From Macrostomum lignano (lineage: Eukaryota), in contig NIVC01003650.1 of the NCBI GenBank assembly GCA_002269645.1, positions 1 to 64,000 on the forward strand: 64,000 bases of DNA, given 5' to 3'. This document shows positions 12,096 through 23,047 of this stretch, one piece after another (position 1 is the stretch's first letter; each line of letters opens with the position of its first letter). The notes under the pieces are model-generated. The model saw only the letters and a list, made by a program, of their open reading frames with translations. It made no database searches and was not told the origin of the DNA. Made by a program: the position numbers and the translations under genes.

Positions 12096-13008
12096 GTAAA
12101 AAAGACTAAGCAAGCAAAGCCAATGTCAGAAACTTGACCAACAGTATAGAAAAGAGTATGTACGAATGCATACCATAGTGTATATCATACTGGAAGCTGT
12201 ATATACATTAAATTTGTTGCGATTTCGTAAATAATATTAAAGCACTACAATACAGATGAACAAAACAAGGTCAATATCAAAAACTCCCGCGAGACTCTCG
12301 TCCTATAATTGATTAAAGTTATCCTTGACTTGGCTTTAACTTTTGATTTGCATTTGGGGTGCTTTAGACCATAGACGTCTATTATTAGATCGTTAGGGGC
12401 CTTCCACTGCAGTCACAGTCGAAAAAAGGCTACATTTGAAGTTACTCTGAAGTAAGAAGTTAGAAGCAAAGGTAGTCTTTACGATTGTGCCAAATTCAAG
12501 GTTGAAGTGGTATAATAAGTGTGTTATTTCTAAGCTGAGCTTAAAGGGAAACAAAGAAAAATTTCAGTCTCAGGAGTCCAGACATTAATTGTACATGTGG
12601 TTATTTTGTAGTCTGTCGTGCGATTCGTTTTCGATTCGGTTGTTTGTGTGAAACATGCATTAGCAACTCAATCTCAATCGATAAGATTTTATACGCCACC
12701 GCCAAGCTTTCGAGCTAGTATTATAAAATTAAGTGCATTCGCGGCCGGGGCACTGCCGATCTTGCATGAAAATGGCACGCGTGTGCACTTTCAAATTAAT
12801 CTGCAAGATAATACTGCACTGTACAGGTACTACTAGCTCGAAGCATTCATGCGGGCGCTATACACATTGCCGATAAGACTTGTGCAGAAAATTTATACTG
12901 AAGCACACTTGAGCCGCGATCATTCTAAGCTGTGTTTCTGTGCGCTATCCTACCATGGTAGCTGTCACGGCTCAGGTTCAGAATTGAGCAAAGCATACCG
13001 TGCCCGCA

Positions 13009-14660
13009 ATGGGAGAGACGCTGAAACCGCAGCAGCAGCAAACAACGCTGCGTCACTCGCTGACCGTGCCGACGGGCTTTCAAGCCTATCAGAAGCGGTA
13101 TTCAACACCGAATCCTCGCCTGCAGGCGACCACCGAGGAGGTGCCGGTGCCGCTGATGAAAGCGGTCAGCTCCGTGCCGCACGAAGGCCTGTCGGCACGC
13201 AATCCCGTCTGGATGGAGGTTCAAACGGCCCTGATTGACGCGTTTAAGGGTCGTTCGAACCCCAACCTGGGTCATACAGCCCGCTTGGTCCGCCTGCTCA
13301 GCAAGACAGTTTCCACTGGCCTGGTGTTTGACTACCTTGAGAAGAGTCTACTGAAAAAGGGCTTCAAGATTATCTGTAGAAGACTCGATTGCAGCTCGCA
13401 GGATCCCGAGGAGTTGCTCGAATCCATGGAGGCAGCTTGGCGCTTCTTCCACGATCAAGTGGTGACTGAGGTGAAGTGTATTCTCCAGCCCATGGGGCTG
13501 GATCTGCAGTTACTCGAACGAGCTCTCATGCTCGGCTTCCGAGACCAGGTAAGCAAGATACATTTTAAGTTACGTACACGTTTCCATGTTTCCTTGCCCC
13601 TGGCTTAAGGTAAGAATTCCATGCAGCCTTAGCCGCTCTCAGCCAGTCAATTGCATGAGCCCGTTGTCAGAGTCGAAGTACATTTATAGTGTCCCGTCGT
13701 CAATGAGATTGACAGCTGTGAGAATGTACGCAGATGAGAGTCTGAGAGAGCTAGTGAGACTGAATTGAAGAAGAGTGACGTGGGTGACAATGTCGTATTA
13801 TAGATTACAAAATATAAGGTGTTAAAATAATAAATTAGAACGAAAGCCCATCAAATTCATAATACCAATTCAATATTCCCTAATTCCATGATTCCATAAC
13901 TACAAAGCGTAGCTTTGAAATTTGATAAAATTGCCTGAATACACTTTCGTTGGCTGGTTAAACTATACGTCGACAATCGCATTTCAACGCACTAAAGGTT
14001 CTTCTACCAACGGGACTTCACGGAATTCTGCGCTCCGAGGTAGCCTGCAGTCCAGTCTGCAGCCTGTCGCCCGGCCTCACCCGCATGCTGCTGGTGCTGC
14101 AGATGCATCGGGACTCGGAGCCGCCCAGCGAGAACGACGTCGCCCTCGAGCGTATCGTCGCCCTAACTGTCCGGCCCTACATTGGCTTCTTGGGCGTCTA
14201 CAATGGCACCGAGGAGCCGGAGCGGCGAGCCAATCTGCCCGAGCTGGTGAGAACTCGACGCCGGCTCACCCGACGGGCTTTCGTCAGCCGCAGCTCCGTG
14301 TTCCGTCGGGCTGGCGGCGGGTCCTCAGACAGCTCGTCTGCACCGACCGAAGCTGCCGCCTTAGCCAGCGCCGCCGCTGTGTCCAACGGAGCAGTTGGTC
14401 CCGAAGCTGAGGGCATCACCATCGTGTTGACCGACGAGTGCTGCATCGATGGCGATGACGATGATGGCGATGGCGATGACCAGGAGTCCGCTGATGAGGC
14501 CGACGACGATGCTGAGACGACGCCGTCTCTGGAAGTGACGGCGGAGGAGTCTGAAGAACACAAAGATAAGGGCACTGCTGACGAGGCCGCTCTGAGCAGG
14601 GAACGGTACCAGTCCGACCACTGCGCTGAGTCTGCTGGCGCCACAGTGATATTTGTGTGA
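13009..14660 (+). CDS. PRR5: PRR5/PRR5L (Protor, mTORC2 subunit) homolog; join(13009..13548,13998..14660)
   Basis: WMEVQTALIDAFKG, LLKKG, WRFFHDQV, MLGFRDQ|VLL, RMLLVLQ and LERIVALTVRPYIG match PRR5-family motifs. Phase-0 intron CAG|gtaagc...ctaaag|GTT. The start codon is uncertain. Confidence 0.85.
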
Positions 14661-15297
14661 AACCATTGCATGGCTTCAGTAGGATAAGAAGCCAATTATT
14701 TGAACGCAAATAGATTATTACCAGTAATAGATACACAAAGCTTTTTAGATACGAATATTCAACGATCAATTCGAGACAGGAAGTTCCAGATAGGGAAAAT
14801 TTGCATATGAGGCGGCACCTTCACAACCTTTCGACACTCGCACGTCTGTGAATTCCAGTTTTTGAGGAAGGACTCATTAAAGTTGAATGTATACATGTGC
14901 AGTTTGTTAAGTTAGAATGCACATAAATTATAGCAGTGCGAAAGATTCAATTTAGAAAAATGAAAAAAATTAAAGTCGTAAAGTATCTCCGCTTTTCTCC
15001 CTTCGCTCCCTCTTTTCTCTTCTCTCCGCTCTTCTCGCTTCTCTCCTCACTCCCCTTTTCTCTCCTCTCTCCCCTCCTGATCTCTCCTCAGAACTCGAAA
15101 AATGTCAGTTTTTTAAAGTCATTCCTTTCGAAAGTGTGACAATTAAAGCCAATTTGAACAATCAGAGGGTGAGAAAGGGTTTGGGTTACAAGCAAGGTAA
15201 ATCCAGAAATACTAAAATAATAGTACATTAATACCTTAAAACATTAATAAATAAATAAATAAATAATTAATACATTAATAGCATGGGTATTATTATT

Positions 15298-17259
15298 ATT
15301 GTGCCATAGACATTTGTGTCCTTGACAAAGTGGGACAAATAATACGAGTAGAAAGGGGGTGTGGGGGCGAAGCCCCCACCAAAAGCCATAGAAAAAACAC
15401 GAAATAAGATTTTTAGCAGTACTAACTTACAGTACTTACGTACAGTACTAACTTAAGCAGAGAAGAGAAGAGATTAGACTTATCACACCACATACTGCAT
15501 AAGGTTTGACTAAGACAAACTAGATCTAGAAGCATGATCAACTATAGCGGTATCGCAGAGGGCGAGATAAGTGGATTGAATGCTGATGAATTGGAATTTG
15601 TAACTCATCAATCTGCTGGACGCAGTCATGAATCGGCTGTCTCACAATACGACGGACTTCCATTGGTCGACTCGAGACGCATCAACGAGTTCCTTCTGAA
15701 CGTGACGGAGTTTCCTCAACTGAACGAGACGGACCTCCAGGAGATAACTAATCTGGAGAAGGCTGCCGTTGTACAATCAACAGAGAAGCAGACGGACGCC
15801 TACTCTGGAAGACTGAAGGCTTTTCTGGGTGAAAGAGGTCTTTCCACTGACATAGAGACTATGCCGTCGAGGTATTTATGCCAGTACCTGAGACTCTGGT
15901 TTTCTACTGTACGGAAAGCTGACGGCTCCGCCTACAGTTGCAGCACGCTAGTTTGCATGAGGGCTGCTATTCATCGTTTTCTGCTGGCCAAGCGGGGTCT
16001 GTCTCTGATTGGGAATCCCGACTTCCTTGAACTAGAAAAAACCTTCAAGGCCGCTCTGACGTATTCACTTAAGCAGCCTACTTCCGTGGTTGACGGCGAC
16101 GGTGGATACCGAGCTATTGACGTCGTTGACTTGGCCAAGCTGTCTGCGTATTTCGACCGGACTGATCCTAAGAAGCTGCAACACGAGACGTTCTTCCTGA
16201 TTGTGTATCACTTTGGATTCAGGGGACGTGAGTGGATTCGATCTCTGGACAAAATGATGTGGTTGTGAGGCGTCGCGATGGAAAAGTGGAATGTATCGAC
16301 CTTGCGAAGGAAAAAAGGGAGAAGAACGTCTCGGCCAGAAGTGCAAGCACGAAGAAGGATATTGGTATATTCCCGGTGGCGGACGAAGCCAAGTGTCCTG
16401 TTCAGGCAGTGATGCTCTACCTGTCTAAACTGCCGGAGGAGAATTCGAGCCTGTTTCCTAAGCCTCGAGCGAAATGGACCGACAGGGAGTGGTACTGCAA
16501 GAAAGAAGTCATCGGCAAGAACACCCTGGCCGAGCTAATGAAAGAATCTAAAGCTGCCGGCCTTTCCTACATGTACACTAATCATTGCATCCGCTCGACA
16601 ATGATCACGAACCTGTCGGAGCAAGGTTTCAATCCGGAGCAGATCCAGACCGTCTCCGGTCACAAGAAGGTTGAAAGCGTGCTTCGCTATACGAAACGAG
16701 TCTCGGTGGAACAGAAGCGCAGTCTGTCGAGTGCAATGACGTCCGGCTTGCATGGTCTGGAGGATGAAGTCCCACTGAAGCGCGCGGACTTGGATCTATC
16801 GCCTGCTTCTAGTGCGTCCAAGGGCGAGTCCACACCTACTGTGTCGAATGAGCGTCAGGGGGACCCGACTGTCGTGTTGGAAAAAAACGGCCTAAAGGTG
16901 TCCATCTTTATGTAGCAGGTAAGTGTAACTGCTGGATTGAATAAATTGACTCTATTGATTGAATTAAATTGACAATTGTTGTTTTGTTTTTGTTGCATTT
17001 ATGTTCTAGTCTTCACATGTTTCATGCTGAGTCGTTCTACAAATAAAGCGGTTGTGTAACTGTCTGCAAATTAGCGGGCAGTTAATGTCATTATCTGCCC
17101 GGGCGTTTAATGTCATTAACTGCCCGCTAATTTGCATTAAAGTAAGGTTGACATAGACTGTTTGTTCGATATTTCTTTCCTGCAAGCGGGCTTTAATGTA
17201 GTCTATGGCATTAAAAGGCAAGAATAAGTGCCCAGCGGGCACAAAGGTCATGGTACAAT
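15298..17259 (+). mobile_element. Near-intact Crypton-like tyrosine-recombinase element
   Basis: Ends are defined by the 10162-10350 derivative. Imperfect TIR ATTGTRCCAT; left flank is (ATT)n; a 23-bp hairpin lies at 17065-17136. Confidence 0.75.
15534..16915 (+). CDS. Tyrosine recombinase (Crypton/DUF3504-like), one frameshift at the A-run 16251-16254
   Basis: Catalytic set present: HFGFRGRE (R), NHCIR (HxxR), SGHK (H), LRY (Y). Adding one A joins the two ORFs into about 460 aa. TACTAAC branch-like motifs with AG acceptors lie upstream at 15420-15460. Confidence 0.85.
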
Positions 17260-17264
17260 GTAAC

Positions 17265-17365
17265 GATATATACCGATTTTTTTCGGCAGCAATTGCGTAA
17301 GCTGAAGCCGCGTAGCGGCTGAAGCTTAGTAGAGCAATTGCTGCCGAAAAAAATCGGTACATGTC
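17265..17365. repeat. 100-bp hairpin module between two YR elements
   Basis: Arms gatatataccgatttttttcggcagcaattgc / gcaattgctgccgaaaaaaatcggtacatgtc. A related partial copy lies at 8170-8234. Confidence 0.75.
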
Positions 17366-17368
17366 ATT

Positions 17369-18170
17369 ATTGTACCCTTTTGACTTCCCCTGTCTATGGC
17401 CCAGACATGTATAGTGCGGATGCTGAGTATGAAATGCGATTGTTGCCGGAATGCGCTTTGAAAGGGTTGTAGAGATAATCAATCGTCTATGGCAAATTTA
17501 GTTGCTCTCTAAATGAAAGGGTTGTAGAGATAATTAATCGTTTATGGCAAATTTAAAGGACAGTGAAGACAGCTAGCCTGGCTGCCATGAGTTAATTCTC
17601 AAGTTGATTTTGAGCTTGAATTAATTCTCCTATTCGGAGTGCAAATAGGAAAACTAGCTATGATTCGCTACGCAAACATTCCTGGCGGAGAAATATGTGG
17701 ACTCTCCACGGACGAGTTGGCTTTTGTCACCCGAGAGTCGAGCACGCGCTACGTTCTGGAGATGGACAACCTGGATGCGTCGTCCAGTTCCAACGGGCTG
17801 CCTGAGCTAGGTAGCGAAGATCTGGAAATGTTGGACCGACTTGAGAGTGACTCAGTGCCGAAATCGACCGAGACGCAACGGAAGCTTCACGTGGCAAGGT
17901 TCCGACAGTTCCTCAACGAGAAGGGGCTCTGCCAGGAGTTTGAGCGTGTTCCGGATCGATTTTTGAACGATTATCTGAGGCTTTTCTGAGGTTTGTTCTT
18001 AAGAACTTTTTGTGACTATGAAACACTTTCGCCGTGTTGCTATTGTTGTTCCTTGTTTTGATAGCCAAATACATTCGTCTGAAATCCGGCAACAATCGAA
18101 AAAAGCCGACAAACAATTAAATTGTTACCGCAAGTATGAATGCCGGAAACCATAGACAAAAGGGAACAAT
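17369..18170 (+). mobile_element. Non-autonomous YR element, second family, with N-terminal fragment 17660-17989
   Basis: TIR ATTGTACCCTTTTG / CAAAAGGGAACAAT (13 of 14 match). The ORF fragment is homologous to the YR N-terminus. Confidence 0.75.
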
Positions 18171-18507
18171 AAGATTTGTCACCATAATTGAGAATCTGTG
18201 GAACAAAGTTTAAAACCGTGATAAAATCTAAAAGTAAAAAATGCTGTATAAAGTCATTTCAATCAAAGGGCGATTGCAAAATCTATTCTCGCTGGTTCCT
18301 CGCTTTGCACATCGCCAGTAAGTAATACCTGCACAGTATTATGAAGATTTAGATCACACAACAAAGGCAAATCTATTACTGGATATTAGTCTGTGACCTG
18401 CACGCTTTGTGCCTTGCTGTACTTTGCTGTAAGCTTCCTCGAGCATTACAGACTGACGGCGCGGAACTTCAGCTGCTTCATTGAGGCTTTCAGTTGACAA
18501 TTCAACC

Positions 18508-18890
18508 GCACCAATCGATGTCTCCAGCTGGGAGCCGCGAGCAGCCGTGGCAGCAGCACCTGCACCAATCGATGTCTCCAGCTGGGAGCCGCTAGCAGCC
18601 GTGGCAGCAGCACCTGCACCAATCGATGTCTCCAGCTGGGAGCCGCGAGCAGCCGTGGCAGCAGCACCTGCACCAATCGATGTCTCCAGCTGGGAGCCGC
18701 TAGCAGCCGTGGCAGCAGCACCTGCACCAATCGATGTCTCCAGCTGGGAGCCGCTAGCAGCCGTGGCAGCAGCACCTGCACCAATCGATGTCTCCAGCTG
18801 GGAGCCGCTAGCAGCCGTGGCAGCAGCACCTGCACCAATCGATGTCTCCAGCTGGGAGCCGCTAGCAGCCGTGGCAGCAGCACCTGCACA
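18508..18890. repeat. 54-bp minisatellite, about 7 copies, open reading on both strands
   Basis: Unit gcaccaatcgatgtctccagctgggagccgctagcagccgtggcagcagcacct. Confidence 0.95.
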
Positions 18891-19645
18891 AATCGATGGC
18901 TCTGCTATCTTTGGCACCTGATTGGCACATAGCTGACACCACCAACTTATCTGTAGCTCGCCTAGGGTATATGTAAAATAAAAATTAAAAATAGCATGCA
19001 TGTACATGTACATGTAAATCTGCTTCAATAATTGTTAGATCCATACCTTTCCGTATCTGAATGCACTGCTCTGATGAGTAATTCCTGTCTGACATTTTCG
19101 ATGTTGCCATCCCCCGCATCCATCACAGTTGATATGGCATGCTGATGACTACTTACAACTTTTTCACACAGCTGTAGACATAAATCACTACTAGTTGGAT
19201 CCATATACATGTAGTCTGCAGAGTGCTGAGATTTAGTTTCGTAAAAATTCGTAGAAGTCAGCTATAGCATACGTGTTAGTTTAAATCGTCTTCAAATCTA
19301 TAAGTCTGTACTTTGCGTGTGTACTATACAAGCTATAAGTTTTGCAAATATGTACATATATCTGCAAGGCTGGTCAAATTATAATCAATAAATTAAACTG
19401 CACTGTACATTTTGGCCTGAAATGAATTGCAGTTGCAGGAATTGAATTGAATTGAAGTTACGATGTACGTATAACTAATTCTCAGTCAGTCAGTAATGCA
19501 ATACAATGTAAATATGAATAGTATAAAAAATCTGTCAACTTTTCTCCCAAGTTTGGGCATTCGTTGCCACCTTGGCCAAACTGGTCCAATTAAAGGCGAA
19601 ATGGTCCATGGCCATGGTGTGATACAACTATTACATGTATCACAC

Positions 19646-19828
19646 CATGCAGGGGCGTAGGGAGGGAGGGGATAGCCGAGAAGAGCCTGACAAAAACTTT
19701 TTTGTTGCCCTTTGTTGCTATACATGCTACCATGTGACTCTGTCATAGCACATTTACCTCGGTGTATCCCCCCGTAAAAAAATCACCTTGGTGTTCCCCC
19801 CCGTAGGAAATTCCTGGCTACGCCCCTG
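19646..19828. mobile_element. hAT-like MITE
   Basis: CAGGGGCGTAG...CTACGCCCCTG ends; 8-bp direct repeat TATCACAC on both sides. Confidence 0.7.
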
Positions 19829-20183
19829 TATCACACGTATTCAATTACAACGTTCGTCTCGGTTCAAAGGACTAGTGAGTCTTCAGTCTTCAGAAGATTA
19901 CTTTAGTCGTCCTTGTCTCGGTCCTGTTGTTGCAGATAACAAAGTTTAGCTGCATGGATGTGCTCAACAAGTGCTACATTATTTATTAACTCGCTATCGG
20001 AAATGTCCAGAAACAGATTTTTTGTGTGCAGTAAAACAAGTCTCTAAGATTTTGTGTAGAAAGAAACAAATCAGAGAAAAAGCACGGCATTATTTTTTTA
20101 TTAAAAAACTCATTTAAAATATGGTATTTTCGGGTGTCGGGTGAATTCAAGCACAGTAATGATATTTTATTAAAATTTTAATG

Positions 20184-20500
20184 CAAGGACGACTTAAGTA
20201 GACTAGGGACTAGGGCCTATACTTAAGGGCCTTTTCATATTGACTTGTTCTGGTTCCAGAACCAGAACCAATTTGTGAAGTATAACTTTTTGTCTCCATA
20301 ACTAGAGGGAGATACGTGCTATAAAGTTTTTATTATTGAATGACAATCACCAAAAAGAAAGTAAAAAATTGTACTAAGTGATGTTGTTAAGGCAGTCAAA
20401 TATTAACAGAGTTAAATAGTTATACTGCTGTTTTTCTTGGAATTCCGAACCGATTCTGGTTCTGGAATTGGTAATATGAAAAGGCCCTAAGTCGTCCTTG
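20184..20500. mobile_element. Minimal CAAGGACGAC MITE with a nested PIF/Harbinger-like MITE (20227-20487)
   Basis: Outer TIRs match the 6460-7158 family. The inner element has GGGCC(C)TTTTCATATT TIRs and a TAA duplication that splits the outer right TIR. Confidence 0.8.
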
Positions 20501-21071
20501 ATTTTATGTTGTACACGCATGCAGCACAGCACGTCTTACAGTCTTACATATTATGATCCTTGTGTACCCCAATAACCATATACACAATCTACCCATTACC
20601 ATTGATCAAGGCAGTGAGGTAGGCACATAGTCAAAGCTGTCTCTGGCAGACATATCAGGGTGAATTTTTACTGAGTTCTACCCCAGAATTATTTCTGAAT
20701 TAATGCTTCGATCTGTAATTGGCTAAAAGCCTAAAACAGATAGCAGATAGGGCCTAGCCTAACAAATACCAAATAAAGTTACTAATTTATTGAATATAAT
20801 TTGAGTTTGAGTTTTTTTAGCTTTATAGACTTGCTTTTAAGTTTTTGTCTCTATTCTTCTATGCCTTAGCCTGTCTATGCCTAGGCCTACTTTAATAAAA
20901 CTTAAATAAATATTCTAACTCTTAACATTTAAAAATTGGAAGTGCTTATCCCCACACGCCACAGTCCTAGGCCTATGCCAATAATTCCAATTTTAGGCCT
21001 ATTCACATAGATCTGTGTCAATAATTTTCAGCTTATCCACATAGCAGCTTATTGAAATAGCTGCCACCATC

Positions 21072-21533
21072 CCATAGTCGGGAAGGTGGCACAGTGTGCG
21101 CCGGAACTATTTTGATGGCTTTTGAGCACTGTGCGCCGTGCGCCATGAAGAAAAGATTTTGTGCGCCGCAGCGCGCCATGATAAGGTAAGTCTAAGGTAA
21201 GGTAAGGTAAGGTAAGGTATTTATTCTACTGTAAGGAATTTACGGTAGACAAATTTGAATTTCATTTACGTATTTTATAACGTGATTTACATAATTTACG
21301 TAATTTACGTAATTTACGTAATTTTATTTTATGAATTATGGAATTAGGCCTGACACTATATATTTTGCAAAGTATAACGAAGTGTAACTATATATTTTTT
21401 CAGCGCCATGCGCCATGTGCGCCGCCAGAGCATTTCCAATTTTTCCTTGTACGCCGTGTGCGCCGTGTGTGCCAATAAAAGGGCCAATTTGTGCCGGAAA
21501 ATTCACCAAAAACTGCCACCTTCCCAGCTATGG
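21072..21533. mobile_element. hAT-like MITE (CCATAG..GGAAGGTGGCA TIR)
   Basis: 20-bp TIR, perfect 8-bp TSD CCACCATC, internal GTGCGCC repeats. Confidence 0.9.
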
Positions 21534-23047
21534 CCACCATCAAGTCTATAGGCTGTGTCAATAACTCCAATTTTATTCATACAAATCTGTGTCAATAATT
21601 TTAGCTTACCCCTGTAACAGGTGTTATTCCTCTGTCTTTATGAACAATCCCACTATTGCCACCAAGTTGTTCCAGGTGTTTCCGTATGATACGAAATCCT
21701 GGACCGCTGTAACCAAGTTGTTACAGACCTTTTGGCTCTCTATAAGAATTTCACCGTTATGCCACCAAAGTTGTACTAGGTGTGTTTCCTGTGCACTGAG
21801 AATCCTACTAGATGCCACCAAAGTTGTAACAGGGGTGATTCTTTCTTCTTAATAATAATTTCACACTGTCACCAAAAGCTATCACAGGGCTAATTTACTA
21901 ATCTCTTAAGTTGGTAGCTGCCACCAGGATTATCCTATTAATAAATTGTGAGTTTATCAATCTTAGAATAATCCGAGAAATGTTTCTTAGAATAGGTCTG
22001 GGTATTTAGTCTGAGTATTTAGTCTGAGTATTTAGTCTGAGTATTAGTCTTAGAAAAACTGTTAGCCCTGAAAGATTTTACTCTTCTGATTATTCTGGTA
22101 GCGTTCTATTATTCTGGTAGCGTTCTATCTAATAATGGCCTGAGCGGTATTTTGTCTTACTGGTATATGTATTTCATGTACTTTGCAAGTCCTTGGGCGT
22201 TACCGAGATCAGAGGGTCACAGCCTCCGGTTATTCTTACACATATTACTTCAGATCTACTTCGCAACTTCTTACTACTCAACACTTTCCTTCTTAGTAGT
22301 ATATATGGTCCACACTTCCGTCTACTTCACTCTTACTTCTTGAAAGGAATTAACACAGAAAACACTTCTTCAATTCTTATTTTCTCGGAACTCTTACTAT
22401 TCGTTATAACTGTATTATTAGTGAACCGCGATGCGCGAGGTTGGTCTCTCTTCCGCCGAAAACGCTTCTATTTATACTAAAATTTGCTACAGTTTTAAAC
22501 AAAAATTCGTTAGTGCAAAATATTATAGAAAATACGAGTATTAAAACAAAATATGTTTCTTAGTTTTGGCGTGAATTCAAATTGACTAAATGGTGACTAT
22601 TTTATAAAGAAATCGGGAGGGGCCCTGCACACCCCCATGGCTAAGATTGTGCAGTTGTTTAGTTTGTATAGTGATGTTAAATATTAACTAATATATTAGA
22701 CCTAGTCTTTTTTTATTATAAAGCATATGGCATAGGTGTAGCTTAAACAAAGTTATTACAATGTTTTTTGACTTTCCATTGAAAGTCACTATGTGAGTGT
22801 CATTTTAATATCTTGCTAACTCTTTATTAAAAATCAGTATTGTCATTATTATTGTCATTATTATTTTATTATTACATATCAAATTTTGGATTTTGCAAGT
22901 CTTGTTTGCCTCAATCGTAGGCTTAAGCCTTAGGGTTGTTCAGTCATTCAAAGCAAAGCTGGTAGCTAAGCAAATATTTAAAATTAACCCTTTTTATTTA
23001 ATGACAAAAAAGTTTTAACAAAGACCTCAAAGTACTTATACTATTTA

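Noticed and set aside
18354-19210. Two-exon minus-strand PHD-finger gene
   Set aside because: The donor at 19046 is not phase-compatible with the acceptors at 18951 or 18962.
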